Source: an uncultured virus (IMG/VR IMGVR_UViG_3300037847_002883) (Duplodnaviria; Heunggongvirae; Uroviricota; Caudoviricetes). Taken from it: a DNA stretch of 64,000 bases. Shown one piece after another: positions 10,087 through 20,196 of the stretch. A program made the translations under genes and the position numbers. Each line of letters starts with the position of its first letter. Positions within the stretch are counted from its first letter, which is position 1. Location of the stretch: the IMG/VR virus record IMGVR_UViG_3300037847_002883. One strand, written 5' to 3'. The notes under the pieces were generated by a model that made no database searches, was not told where the DNA came from, and was given only the letters and a program-made list of their open reading frames with translations.

Positions 10087-13068
10087 CTATTCTTCGGTGG
10101 GAAGGGGCAATTTATTATACCTATCCTCATAGATGTTCCACTTTCCTTCATCTCCCTCCTTATCGGCAGGTGTTTGTTTGTAGCCCGTCCAAGCAAGCCA
10201 CATTTTCTCTCCACCCACATCTAAGACTCTATAATGCATTTTTGTTTCAAACTTATTACCTTCTAAGAAATATTCGTGATAGCCATCTCTTTGAATACCT
10301 AAACGAATTTTACCTGAATCTACTAATTTACCTTTAGTTACTGTTTTTGCTACTTCTGCTGGATATTTACCAGCCGCTCCGAATAGGTCAAACATTTCTT
10401 CTTCGTTCTCAATATTGATAGTCCAAAACATATTTTCTGTTTTTAGACCGATAGCAAAAGTTAAGTTATCATCTTCTCTTGCATAGATTTTAAATTGACC
10501 CTCTCTTAATTCTTTAGGTGTTTTATATTCATCTTCAACGAGTTTAATATCTTCTTTTAACATAGCATATTTATCACTAAAACCAGAGTCTCCATAAACG
10601 CATTTTTGATAATCTTCTAAGGCTTGTTCTAATAGAGTATAATCCACCCCTTCTGCAGGATTAGAAATGAAATCTTCGGCTAATTGTGATAAGTAGTCGC
10701 AATCTAACATATCTATTGATTTATCCATATTCTGCACTTCTGCTTCATATTCACTTTCCCAAAGGTCGCCATCATATGTTTCTGGCTCTGACAAAACAAA
10801 TTGATATAATTCATCATAACCGCCGAAATATTTAATATGAGAGTCCAAAGTAGATTTTCTGTTTTCTTTAACGGCTTGCTTTAAATTACGACAACATTCA
10901 TCATCGTCATTTGAATCAATTTGAACAGCATCATCTTCTTCTGCTTCTTCAATAATTTCTTCAATGCGAACTAATTCAGCCATTTTGATTAAACTTTTTT
11001 TAATTTCTTCTTCTTCCTGCATGATTTTATCATCATCAGCAGCAATTTTATCATCTCTTTCGCTGATACCATCTCTAAGAATGGCCCATTTCTTTAACTT
11101 CTTTTCATCGGAATCAAGAACCTGCTCATACAAATCTTTATGTTTTTCTTTTAAGAAGTTATGAATTTGTCGTGGAGTCTGTTCACCATTCATTTTTAAG
11201 TATTGGAAGATAGCAACAGTTAATTCACTTTGCTTAGTTTTCATAATATCAATGGCCTGTTGTTTCCACATATCTAAATCCATTGTAGCGTTCTTAGACA
11301 TTAGGTTATCTTCTTCATAACCATAGATAGTAAAACCATCTAAATCATACTTGATGATAACATTTGCTTCTCCGTGAATGTGGTCTGTAATTTTAACACC
11401 TTTTGTAAATGCTTCAACATTATAGTTAAGAGACTTCTTGGTGTCTTGAGAAAGTAATTCCAAAGTGATTAATTTATCGGGATGCTCAACTTCAGGAATT
11501 TCAATTGGTTTAGCAGAGAATAAACTAAACCCATTACCCTTCTTCTTAACTTCATCCACCTTAACTCGGATAATATCTCCAACATCAACAGCAATTTTTG
11601 TATTCAAAGCCTTACCTACATTCAAGTATTGTTTCTTATCAATCTCAACTGTTCCTTCCATTTCTTCATTTATTGGCCCAATACCGACTGTATAAGAATA
11701 TAAATTACTCTTTGTCTTTTTCTTTTCTAATACGATAACATCTAAATCAACAAACTTCTTTAACTTAATCCACTTCGGATTTTTCTTTGTTCCGATGTAA
11801 TAAGTAGAAGTAGCGTCTTTGATAACGACTCCTTCCGAAGCAGGATTTTGCATAATTTCATCGGCATATTTTTGTATATCTTTGAGATTATCTGCTTGTC
11901 GGGTATCTTTCTTTGAAGGATAAGCAATCGCTTCACTAGATTTTGATGAATAATTATTGAATAAAATTGTCATTCTACTCTCTAATTCTTCATCCACAAG
12001 AGTTTGAGACTCATGGCGAATAATATCAAAAACATGACACCTTAATGTAGCATCTTTGTATTTGCCTTTAAAAACATGAGCGATTGTATCTGCTCTATGA
12101 AGGGGGTCGTCGCCATCAAAAAGAACTAATTCTGCATCAAAAATACAATCTCCATATTCTTTCTTCTTTAATTCATCAACCTGTGCTTTACACTTGTCAG
12201 TAATGTCTTTTTCATTATAAGAATAAATTTTTACCTTATCATCAATTTTATGCAATTGGACTCTCATGCCGTCAAACTTTTCTTGAACATACCAGTTTCC
12301 GCTAAATCCCTTTAACTCCTTAATATCATCCACTTCAAAAATTCTATACATGGGTTTATTGGGAACAATAAACTGAGAGATAGATTTCTTTTCATCGCTT
12401 GGCACAGACTTTTGAACCCCTTCAATATCAGTAATGTCTTTCCATTCTTCTTCACTATTCTTAGATAAGAAGATTAACTCTAACATATCCATAGCAGCCT
12501 TTACTTTGGATTCAACTTTCTTTGAGTCTTTTCCATCCCCGTAATGCTCAATAATATAGAGGGCTACATCGTCCACTTCTAGGTCAAGTCCCATAAGACC
12601 CTCCGTAATTGTGTCGGGGGTCATGTCTTTAACGCTGTAAATGTCATCGGGTAGGGCTTTATTGTCGTCCCTTATAGCATAATGCACAAATTTGACCATG
12701 CTTTCGGGATTATCTAGCAATTCTTCAAGCACACTATCCTTGAACATGGCGGCGAAGGGGTCGGCCACGATGGATGAAGAATACCGTAAAAGTTTGATAT
12801 TCTCGTAAAGTTCTTTGGCTTGGCGTGAAGAGGGGTCTTTGACATCTTTATCGTCTAAATCCTTTTCATCAATGAAGTTTTTCATTTCTTTGCCAGCAGC
12901 ATCAGCCTCATTATATGATTCAATAATGGTATCAACTGCTTTACGCCAACGGCCCGAATATTCTGTTGGGTCGCTTCTTGCAGACAAATAGGCTACCCGT
13001 GTCTTTTCAAAAAGACGAAGAATTTCTTGAGAAGGCTGTTTATCCTTCTCAATAGAAGCCAATTTCAT
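10087..13068 (-). CDS. lig: Multidomain ATP-dependent DNA ligase
   Basis: Motif I QEKFDGMR, III FDAEL, IIIa HVFDI, IV EGVVIK, V WIKLKK, OB fold; long N- and C-terminal extensions. Confidence 0.88.
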   Translation of the reverse strand: MKLASIEKDKQPSQEILRLFEKTRVAYLSARSDPTEYSGRWRKAVDTIIESYNEADAAGKEMKNFIDEKDLDDKDVKDPSSRQAKELYENIKLLRYSSSIVADPFAAMFKDSVLEELLDNPESMVKFVHYAIRDDNKALPDDIYSVKDMTPDTITEGLMGLDLEVDDVALYIIEHYGDGKDSKKVESKVKAAMDMLELIFLSKNSEEEWKDITDIEGVQKSVPSDEKKSISQFIVPNKPMYRIFEVDDIKELKGFSGNWYVQEKFDGMRVQLHKIDDKVKIYSYNEKDITDKCKAQVDELKKKEYGDCIFDAELVLFDGDDPLHRADTIAHVFKGKYKDATLRCHVFDIIRHESQTLVDEELESRMTILFNNYSSKSSEAIAYPSKKDTRQADNLKDIQKYADEIMQNPASEGVVIKDATSTYYIGTKKNPKWIKLKKFVDLDVIVLEKKKTKSNLYSYTVGIGPINEEMEGTVEIDKKQYLNVGKALNTKIAVDVGDIIRVKVDEVKKKGNGFSLFSAKPIEIPEVEHPDKLITLELLSQDTKKSLNYNVEAFTKGVKITDHIHGEANVIIKYDLDGFTIYGYEEDNLMSKNATMDLDMWKQQAIDIMKTKQSELTVAIFQYLKMNGEQTPRQIHNFLKEKHKDLYEQVLDSDEKKLKKWAILRDGISERDDKIAADDDKIMQEEEEIKKSLIKMAELVRIEEIIEEAEEDDAVQIDSNDDDECCRNLKQAVKENRKSTLDSHIKYFGGYDELYQFVLSEPETYDGDLWESEYEAEVQNMDKSIDMLDCDYLSQLAEDFISNPAEGVDYTLLEQALEDYQKCVYGDSGFSDKYAMLKEDIKLVEDEYKTPKELREGQFKIYAREDDNLTFAIGLKTENMFWTINIENEEEMFDLFGAAGKYPAEVAKTVTKGKLVDSGKIRLGIQRDGYHEYFLEGNKFETKMHYRVLDVGGEKMWLAWTGYKQTPADKEGDEGKWNIYEDRYNKLPLPTEE

Positions 13069-13073
13069 GCTAA

Positions 13074-13694
13074 TCAGTTAATATCTCTTGGTCTAGCGGT
13101 TCTTGGATAACTAGGAAGCGCAGGATTCAATGGGTCTTTACCTGTCGTCATAGCATATTCATCTCCGTATGCTTCTTCATCAAGAGTTTCACCAGAATAG
13201 TCGGAATCATATGCAATTGTTTGTTCAGGGATTTTAGATAATTGTTTTTCAAGTTTTACTAATTGTTGAGTGATTTCTGTAATATGTTTTCGCATAAATT
13301 GTTTCGTATCGGGGTCTTTTACATCTTTTAAATCCCTTGCTAAACCTTGAAGCATTTTATTAAATCCATCAATTTGAGCAAGCAAATTTCTTCTTTCTTC
13401 ATCATCTAAAAAAGGATTTGTCTTAAAATCTTCAGGTAAAACAGCCTTTAATAAATTATACATTTTTGTAATCTCACCAGCATAAGCATGAAAAGTTGTT
13501 GGCCCATCATTTGATTCTGCCTTGTAGTTATAATTTTCAGCCTTTGGTCGCTTCAATTTAACTGCTTCCGAATCATCATCCATAGGATTTCTGTTGTTAT
13601 CCATCAAGGATTGATAAAGCATTTCTTTGGCTTCTCTTGCCTTTTGAATCATAATGCTAATTTGTCTTTCTTCTCTTGTTACTCTTTCAGGCAT
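13074..13694 (-). CDS. Hypothetical protein
   Basis: ORF, likely start MPERV after GGAGTGA. Confidence 0.6.
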   Translation of the reverse strand: MPERVTREERQISIMIQKAREAKEMLYQSLMDNNRNPMDDDSEAVKLKRPKAENYNYKAESNDGPTTFHAYAGEITKMYNLLKAVLPEDFKTNPFLDDEERRNLLAQIDGFNKMLQGLARDLKDVKDPDTKQFMRKHITEITQQLVKLEKQLSKIPEQTIAYDSDYSGETLDEEAYGDEYAMTTGKDPLNPALPSYPRTARPRDIN

Positions 13695-13699
13695 AAAAA

Positions 13700-13945
13700 T
13701 CACTCCATCTTTGAAACCATTTTGTGAATATCCGACCAATCCATGCTAGAAACATCAGTAGATGGTAATGTATCAAAACCACCAACAGTATTATCCATAG
13801 CAGGTGTTGGGCTTTGTGAAACAACAAGGCCAGCCTTCATCAAAAGACTGTCTTTTGCATAGATTGTCTTTTCCAACGCTTCAACCTTTGCAGTTAAAGC
13901 CTTAATAATTTCTAAAACATCTTTGTTAATACTTTCTTCTGTCAT
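13700..13945 (-). CDS. Small coiled-coil protein ending in scaffold-like MDWSDIHKMV motif
   Basis: C-terminus nearly identical to that of protease/scaffold. Confidence 0.65.
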   Translation of the reverse strand: MTEESINKDVLEIIKALTAKVEALEKTIYAKDSLLMKAGLVVSQSPTPAMDNTVGGFDTLPSTDVSSMDWSDIHKMVSKME

Positions 13946-13949
13946 AGTA

Positions 13950-14204
13950 TCACATTCCAAACTTAGCCTTGCACTTTTCTCTTTCTGCTGCATATTCTTC
14001 TTCAGACATTCCGCCCTTGCCAAATCTCTTGTTTAAACGGTCAATACAAGCAAGATAACTTTGAGCGTCTAAACTGCTTCCTCTCATGGGCTTTCTTCTA
14101 CTTCCACCTCTAAAACCGCGTGAACTCATTCCTCTTGCTTTTGATACTTCATTACAGTCATTACAACCGCAACCGCTTGCCTTTAAAATTGTTTTCCAAC
14201 TCAT
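13950..14204 (-). CDS. Small basic Cys-rich protein, N-terminal WxxILK
   Basis: MSWKTILKASGCGCNDC... Confidence 0.65.
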   Translation of the reverse strand: MSWKTILKASGCGCNDCNEVSKARGMSSRGFRGGSRRKPMRGSSLDAQSYLACIDRLNKRFGKGGMSEEEYAAEREKCKAKFGM

Positions 14205-14566
14205 TTCTTATCCTCTCCTTTTCCTCTTGGATGAATTAAATCTCGCAATTGACGATAGAGTAATTCATACTCCTTACGCAACTTCGTAGCCGTAGCGACA
14301 ATATCAATGTTGCGCTCATCCATTGACTTCATTTTCTTATTTAACTTCTTATCTGATTTAATTAGTTCTAATTCTCTAAGAGTAGAAATAAGTTCACCTA
14401 ATTTAGTAAAGTCTTGACCAAAAAATTCGGTGGGTTCTGCGGCTTGAAGTGTTTTCTTTAACTTCTTTCTTCCTTTAGCGTCTAAAGAATCAAGGAGTTT
14501 TTTAGGCTCTTGTTTCTTCTCTTTTAGAATAAAATCATTACCTTCCCCGTAATAGTCCCAAGTCAT
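14201..14566 (-). CDS. Hypothetical helical protein
   Basis: 121-aa ORF, coupled to neighbours. Confidence 0.6.
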   Translation of the reverse strand: MTWDYYGEGNDFILKEKKQEPKKLLDSLDAKGRKKLKKTLQAAEPTEFFGQDFTKLGELISTLRELELIKSDKKLNKKMKSMDERNIDIVATATKLRKEYELLYRQLRDLIHPRGKGEDKK

Positions 14567-14568
14567 AA

Positions 14569-16242
14569 TTATTCCTCCTTCGGCGGGTCTTTAAAAATCT
14601 TCTTAGATTCTTTTGTCGGTAATTCAGCAGGCTTTTTATCCTTAATCTTACTCTCAATGAAATTAACAACTTCTTGCAGTTCTTCTGCCTTTTCTTCATA
14701 TTTTCTGGATAACTCTTCAAACTTTCCTGCGGCATCTACATCAATGGTAGGTGCGCCTTCAAAGAATCCTCCATCTGCTTCAAGAACCAATTTAACATCA
14801 GGGTCGCTTGCGAGATAGCCTGTTAATCCCTGTTCAATATCTCCTTCGGCTTTAGCACTAAGTTTTTCCATTTGCTTAGCGTATCTGCTTAAATCAAAAG
14901 CAATATTTGCTCCTTTAGTTAATTGTTCCTTAATTTCAGGCAAGGGGTCGCCTTGCTTAAATACATTTAAAATAGTGCTAAACTCTTTCAAAGTTGGTTT
15001 TAATCTATCAAAAGTATCTAAATCAACTTGAAGCCTTTCTAATTTTCTTTCTTCAGCCCTAAGTTCTTTTTGCAATTCTTCTTTAGCCTCTCTAATATGT
15101 TTTTCTTTATTTTTATCAATATCTCTAAGCATAGAATTAATTTCTTTAATTGAACCAACTCTTTTCGCAGGGTCATCCTTTACATCTAGTTTTTTACCAG
15201 ATGAAGCGATAACTCTTCGTAAAGCAGCATTTAGTTTTCTAACCTGCCTAGCAACCAATTCGTCTGGGTTTTTGAGAGTCTCTTTAATCATTTCTATTTT
15301 TTCTTCAATAAATACTTTAGTATTCATAATACTAGTAGTATATTTTTGAGTGGAATTAATTCTTCGTAGTGCTCTTTCGTATTCTCTATTGATGCCAACA
15401 TCAGCCGTTCTTTTTTTGGCTCGTTCAAGCATACGAAGTCTTTCGCTTTTTACCTTCTTTCTAGGAACTAAAGTTCTTGGTTCTCTCTTCCATCTTTGTT
15501 TATGAATAGTTCTAAAAATCTCTAAGAAACCAATTTTTTCTCCATCAACATCAAATTCAGTATTTACAATATCATTTAGTAGGCCCTGTAATTCAATTAC
15601 ATTAATATCTTCGCCCTTTTTCACTTCTTCTCTTCCCTTCTTTGTATATTTATACATTTTTCCTGAAAGGACACCATCAACTAGAAGTTCTCCATATTCA
15701 TCTTCCAAAAAATTACTGTTATCTTTTAACCTAGTTAAGAAACCTAATAAACTGCTAGAATTAGTAGAAGTAGAACCTAATCTTGAATAACTTTGCATAA
15801 CTCCTCTAACAACAAGTTTTCCATCTTGTCTTGATACTCTTGCATCGGAAGAAATTTCCATCAAAATATCTGCTTGAAACTTTAGATTTGATAAAATTTT
15901 GTAGGCATCTTCTTCTTTAACAGACCTACTAAACTCTTCACCATATCTATTTTCTGCGATTCTAGCATCTATTTGTGCTTGTTCATCAGCACTATCAACA
16001 GGAGCAGAATAATCTTCTTCTTCACTTGCTCTTGCAGAACCCACTTCATCTTCTTCTTGCTTGGCAATAGTAATATATTTACGATAAGCAATCATATTTT
16101 GAGAGTTCATGTTCTCAATCAAAGATGCTTTGATTAAAGAAGCACTAGCCCGTTCCTTAACCAACATAGATGTATTATCATCTAACTTTGCTTTGCTTAA
16201 AACATTAAGCAAAGATTTATCTTTGGCTAATTCAAAAAACAT
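14569..16242 (-). CDS. Hypothetical coiled-coil protein (557 aa)
   Basis: Long ORF, heptad-rich. Confidence 0.6.
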   Translation of the reverse strand: MFFELAKDKSLLNVLSKAKLDDNTSMLVKERASASLIKASLIENMNSQNMIAYRKYITIAKQEEDEVGSARASEEEDYSAPVDSADEQAQIDARIAENRYGEEFSRSVKEEDAYKILSNLKFQADILMEISSDARVSRQDGKLVVRGVMQSYSRLGSTSTNSSSLLGFLTRLKDNSNFLEDEYGELLVDGVLSGKMYKYTKKGREEVKKGEDINVIELQGLLNDIVNTEFDVDGEKIGFLEIFRTIHKQRWKREPRTLVPRKKVKSERLRMLERAKKRTADVGINREYERALRRINSTQKYTTSIMNTKVFIEEKIEMIKETLKNPDELVARQVRKLNAALRRVIASSGKKLDVKDDPAKRVGSIKEINSMLRDIDKNKEKHIREAKEELQKELRAEERKLERLQVDLDTFDRLKPTLKEFSTILNVFKQGDPLPEIKEQLTKGANIAFDLSRYAKQMEKLSAKAEGDIEQGLTGYLASDPDVKLVLEADGGFFEGAPTIDVDAAGKFEELSRKYEEKAEELQEVVNFIESKIKDKKPAELPTKESKKIFKDPPKEE

Positions 16243-16251
16243 TTAAAAACC

Positions 16252-16476
16252 TCAAAAAGGAATGTTCTCTTTCTTTCCTCTTTTCTTTGATGGTAAAAGA
16301 ATAACATCAGGATTATCAGCAGAAGAGGGTAATGCCTTGTGAGAAGTATCGGGAGGCAAACCAACAGACATATCTCTATTCTTTTGCTTCTTATTATTTT
16401 CTTGAGCCGTTAAAGCCTTAACTTTGGCTAACTCTTTTGTCAATCTTCTTTGCTTTTGGTGTAAATCTTCTGTCAT
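16252..16476 (-). CDS. Hypothetical protein
   Basis: 74-aa ORF with GGAGG SD. Confidence 0.55.
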   Translation of the reverse strand: MTEDLHQKQRRLTKELAKVKALTAQENNKKQKNRDMSVGLPPDTSHKALPSSADNPDVILLPSKKRGKKENIPF

Positions 16477-16478
16477 GT

Positions 16479-16802
16479 TTAATCCTCCAATGTTCCTTCG
16501 GTTCTTTCTAAAATATCAATAAGTTGTTCTTTAGACAAACTTTTAATGTGTCTTTCAGCCATCTCTAACAAATCTTTTCTTGTCATTTCTGCTAAATTAG
16601 ACATATCTTCCTCAAAAACTAAATCTAAACTATCCATTCTTCCTCTTGGGTTTAAATCAGCCGCAGGATTTCCGCCCTTCATTCTCGTTTGAGTGGGTCT
16701 TTTCACCCTATTACTCAAAACCTTTTCGGGGATTTCTTTACCCCGACCAAGTTTGCCTTTTCTATCTCTAACCGCCTTTAATACATTTTCCCAGTTTTCC
16801 AT
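16479..16802 (-). CDS. Hypothetical protein, N-terminal WxxVLK
   Basis: MENWENVLKA..., right after portal stop. Confidence 0.6.
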   Translation of the reverse strand: MENWENVLKAVRDRKGKLGRGKEIPEKVLSNRVKRPTQTRMKGGNPAADLNPRGRMDSLDLVFEEDMSNLAEMTRKDLLEMAERHIKSLSKEQLIDILERTEGTLED

Positions 16803-16803
16803 C

Positions 16804-18444
16804 TTAACCAACTCTTCTTTCTGTCCTTGTGTCAGTATTTTGATTTCCAGCCTCTAAGGGCAAACCCGCCATTCTCTTATCTGGGCCTACGCTCATTCTG
16901 CTTTTATTCCTTGTGGCGGGAGGGTTCTCTTGGGGCTTGCCTCCGCCTTGCATCGCCTGTTCTTGCATCTGCCCCAATTGTGAAGCATCAATGTTTGTCC
17001 CTGCATACGGGTCAGGCTCCGCCTGTTCCCCTTCACCTTCTGCTGGTGGTTTTTCTTCGGGTTCAGGCTTTTTGAAAGTAAATTGTCCATCTTCGTCCAT
17101 ATCAACTTCAAAGCCTAAATTCTTTGTTGATGCAGCAATATTAACTTCAATCTCACGCTTACGAAGAACAGCAATTTCATCTTCTTCTTCGCTTGGTGGC
17201 AATTTCAAATTCCAGTCTGTAATACCAAACTGCTTTACAAGGAACGGGAAAACATAATTGTTATAGACAGTTTGTGCTTTTTGAACTGCTCTGTTTGTTA
17301 CGAGAATTTGCATACCTTCATTATTTAATCCACCGCTTGTAGTATTGTCAGCCATAAATACCTTGCTAACACCATAGAAAGCAGAAATTCTATCTCTTAA
17401 ATCGTCTTTAACGGAGACATAATCCATTTCTTTAAGACTATCCATGAACTTAATCCATTCAACTGCCCCTTTGCCACTTTCTGCTTCAATGCCCATGACA
17501 GGAATGAAGTGAGGGTCGGCTTCCATCTTTTCTTTAACCGACCTCCAAAACGACCTCATAGAGTCCATGTTTCTTGTCTGAACTGCGAGTAAGCCCCTCG
17601 GCATTCGGCTCTTTGTATAGGATTGATTGACATAGTTCTCCATAGCAATAAGTGTCATAATATTGTTAAATAAAGTAATAACTGGAGACATACCATAAAG
17701 ACGAGAAGGACTATATTTACTGAAATGCAACACCTCTCCCTTCAAGAAATGTTGGTCATCTCCATTTACTCTATTCACATAATGGATAGGAAATAAATTG
17801 CTATTACAAATTTCACACTTTTCATGCGGGTCTTTGTGAATAACACCACGATGATTTACGCAAGTAAAGCCCTTTGTTCCTCTTTGTCCATTTTCATCAC
17901 TATAAATAAACATTGTAACTGGGTCGCCACGATAAACTTCTTTGATGCGATGCATTCTAATTTTACCATTACCGTCAATAAAATATTCTTTAACGAGAAC
18001 AATGTAAGCATCATCCATAATATTTAAATCATCCTCAAGTTCCTGCAAAACATCAATAAACAATTGCTCAGACTTATTTACATAGCCTTCAATAAACTTC
18101 TCAGCATATTCTAATTGTTTAACATCAGGAATCTTAAGGTCAGCACTTTTACAACGAGAACATTCTTGAACAGGTCTTTTATGTTCTTTACCACAATTAT
18201 TACATCGTGCTTCATATGCTTTCTCCCAAACATAGCCTCTTCTAAATACTTCTTGTTTTAATTGAGTAATACAAGTTCTAGCAATAACTGATTGATTGAC
18301 AATATTATAGATGATTGGGCCAGTCATCATGTGATTGGTTTCTCTTTCTTGAATACCCATGTTGTAGACTTTTCTATCAGCAGGTTTGGGAGTTTGTCTC
18401 CTAAACAGATTAGTAATGCTGAATCTTCTTTTTTCTTCAACCAT
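16804..18444 (-). CDS. Portal protein with Zn-ribbon insertions
   Basis: LHFSKYSPSRLYGMSP, DRISAFYGVSKVFM portal-like motifs; lies between TerL and protease. Confidence 0.85.
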   Translation of the reverse strand: MVEEKRRFSITNLFRRQTPKPADRKVYNMGIQERETNHMMTGPIIYNIVNQSVIARTCITQLKQEVFRRGYVWEKAYEARCNNCGKEHKRPVQECSRCKSADLKIPDVKQLEYAEKFIEGYVNKSEQLFIDVLQELEDDLNIMDDAYIVLVKEYFIDGNGKIRMHRIKEVYRGDPVTMFIYSDENGQRGTKGFTCVNHRGVIHKDPHEKCEICNSNLFPIHYVNRVNGDDQHFLKGEVLHFSKYSPSRLYGMSPVITLFNNIMTLIAMENYVNQSYTKSRMPRGLLAVQTRNMDSMRSFWRSVKEKMEADPHFIPVMGIEAESGKGAVEWIKFMDSLKEMDYVSVKDDLRDRISAFYGVSKVFMADNTTSGGLNNEGMQILVTNRAVQKAQTVYNNYVFPFLVKQFGITDWNLKLPPSEEEDEIAVLRKREIEVNIAASTKNLGFEVDMDEDGQFTFKKPEPEEKPPAEGEGEQAEPDPYAGTNIDASQLGQMQEQAMQGGGKPQENPPATRNKSRMSVGPDKRMAGLPLEAGNQNTDTRTERRVG

Positions 18445-18497
18445 GAATCACACCCCCTGTTTTAATGCTACGCTATCCTCGCCTATGAACGCTTCGG

Positions 18498-18731
18498 TTA
18501 TGGTTGCCCGCTATCCTCAATGTCATACCTTTCGTTGCTTGAACGCAGCATTTCTTCTAAAATTCCCTTTAAGTAAGTCGCCCTACTTTCAGGTCGCTTA
18601 AATCCTAATTTTAAATAGTAAATAACCATTCTTTTATTAATGTCTGCTAAGTTAGAAAACTTAACATATTTTTTCCTATCTCTAGGTAATTCATCATTTA
18701 AGATTCCATTTTTAAGTTGTTTCCAACTCAT
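18498..18731 (-). CDS. Hypothetical protein (MSWKQLK)
   Basis: ORF track, internal ATG at 18731. Confidence 0.55.
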   Translation of the reverse strand: MSWKQLKNGILNDELPRDRKKYVKFSNLADINKRMVIYYLKLGFKRPESRATYLKGILEEMLRSSNERYDIEDSGQP

Positions 18732-18742
18732 TTTATTTTTAA

Positions 18743-18907
18743 TTAATAGGGTTTGGTCCATAATAAAGCCTCATCAATTTTACAAGTCAAGCATCTATTT
18801 GATATTACTTCTTTTCTACATCTTCTGCAAACAGTCGCGTATCTAATTTTTTTAGGTAGTTTAGTTCTTACTTTATGTTTAAAAATATCGTAGTGCTGGC
18901 GAGGCAT
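18743..18907 (-). CDS. Small Zn-ribbon protein (54 aa)
   Basis: Own translation MPRQHYDIF...CRRC...CLTC; TAATG overlap with upstream gene. Confidence 0.55.
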   Translation of the reverse strand: MPRQHYDIFKHKVRTKLPKKIRYATVCRRCRKEVISNRCLTCKIDEALLWTKPY

Positions 18908-19371
18908 TAACAGTTCCACCTTCTTCTTGCGGCCTTTGCTTTCTCGCTGTAAGTTCCATCTGCTCGTTTAAATCCTCTTGACCTTGCACAAAAAGACTTT
19001 CTTCTCTTGTATGCTTTACCGCCTCTTTTAAGTTTGCTTGGCTTTTTAGTGACTGGACGCTTTAAATTAGCACCTGTTTCTCTCTTGAATTTAGCACGAC
19101 CTTTTGCACTTAATCCACCCGTTCTTGCGTGAATCTTTTTATTGTAGCCCTTGAAGGGTTTCTTTTTAAGAATAGGTTCGTGGGTATAAATATCTCCATC
19201 CTTGTGCATGAAAATTTTGCCTTCTTTTCTTAGTTTAGATAATGCCTGTTTGATTTCTGTTTCTTCACCAAACTGCTTTAGATTTTTCATTCCCAATGCT
19301 CCGCCTTCTTTCTCAATCTCACTAAGAATTTTTGATTCTAAATCTGCTTTAAGTATTTCTTTCCAAGTCAT
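18907..19371 (-). CDS. wHTH-like plus basic micro-domain protein, N-terminal WxxILK
   Basis: MTWKEILKA; helical/wing N-half, RRKSFCAR...ARRRWNC C-half. Confidence 0.6.
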   Translation of the reverse strand: MTWKEILKADLESKILSEIEKEGGALGMKNLKQFGEETEIKQALSKLRKEGKIFMHKDGDIYTHEPILKKKPFKGYNKKIHARTGGLSAKGRAKFKRETGANLKRPVTKKPSKLKRGGKAYKRRKSFCARSRGFKRADGTYSEKAKAARRRWNC

Positions 19372-19769
19372 TATTCTCCCCTCATTTGGTTTTCTTTAGA
19401 TGTTTTATCATCATCAATTGGGCCACCTTTAGCCCATGTATAGCAGGTTCTTGCAGAATGGCATTTAAAATCGTGCATCCAACAATAACCTAAGCGACCA
19501 TCTTCATCCGTTTTTAAAGGCATACACTTATCCATTCTTGGTGAAATATCAAAAGCAATACAATTGCTACAATTAGATTTCTTTGCTACTTCTGCAGTAG
19601 TGTTCCATCTTTTAGCGTATTCTTCCCAATATTCTTCATCAGCAAGATTGAGTGGGCCATATTTAATATTTGGGTTTTTAACAGCCGCATCTCTATTTTT
19701 AGTATTAAGCATTAAATCCTGTGTCGCTCTTGGACAAGCGAGTTCTTTTAAAATAATTTCCCAACTCAC
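19371..19769 (-). CDS. Cys-rich metal-binding protein, N-terminal WxxILK
   Basis: CSNC...GYCWMHDFKCHSARTCYTW. Confidence 0.6.
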   Translation of the reverse strand: MSWEIILKELACPRATQDLMLNTKNRDAAVKNPNIKYGPLNLADEEYWEEYAKRWNTTAEVAKKSNCSNCIAFDISPRMDKCMPLKTDEDGRLGYCWMHDFKCHSARTCYTWAKGGPIDDDKTSKENQMRGE

Positions 19770-19773
19770 AATA

Positions 19774-20196
19774 TCACCTATTATCTTCTTTAAATCCAGA
19801 ACTGGTTTCAGGAACTGGATTCTTTCCTTCTAACTTTCTTTTTGTTGCTTCGGGACTATTAAAATCATGGACTTGATAAGGATTTTTATTGTCATCAGGT
19901 TCCTCATCTTCTCCAATAATTTGATATTCATAACTAGGTGCGCCTAATACTTCAAATATTCCCCTATCAAGAACAACACATCTTCCTATATATTGGTCGC
20001 CCATAACAGTCCACGGTCTAGGATTTCCTCTAGTTCTCATAACATATTTTAAATTTTCAAATGCGGCCTCTCTTGTCGGAAAAATTGTTTCTCCATTATC
20101 GTCTGAAATAACATTCCAATTACGCATTCTGCTGGTATGCTCACCTTTAATCATGGCCTTGAAACCATTTTGTTTGATAATGTTTTCCCAACTCAT
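19774..20196 (-). CDS. Hypothetical protein, N-terminal WxxIIK
   Basis: MSWENIIKQ. Confidence 0.6.
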   Translation of the reverse strand: MSWENIIKQNGFKAMIKGEHTSRMRNWNVISDDNGETIFPTREAAFENLKYVMRTRGNPRPWTVMGDQYIGRCVVLDRGIFEVLGAPSYEYQIIGEDEEPDDNKNPYQVHDFNSPEATKRKLEGKNPVPETSSGFKEDNR

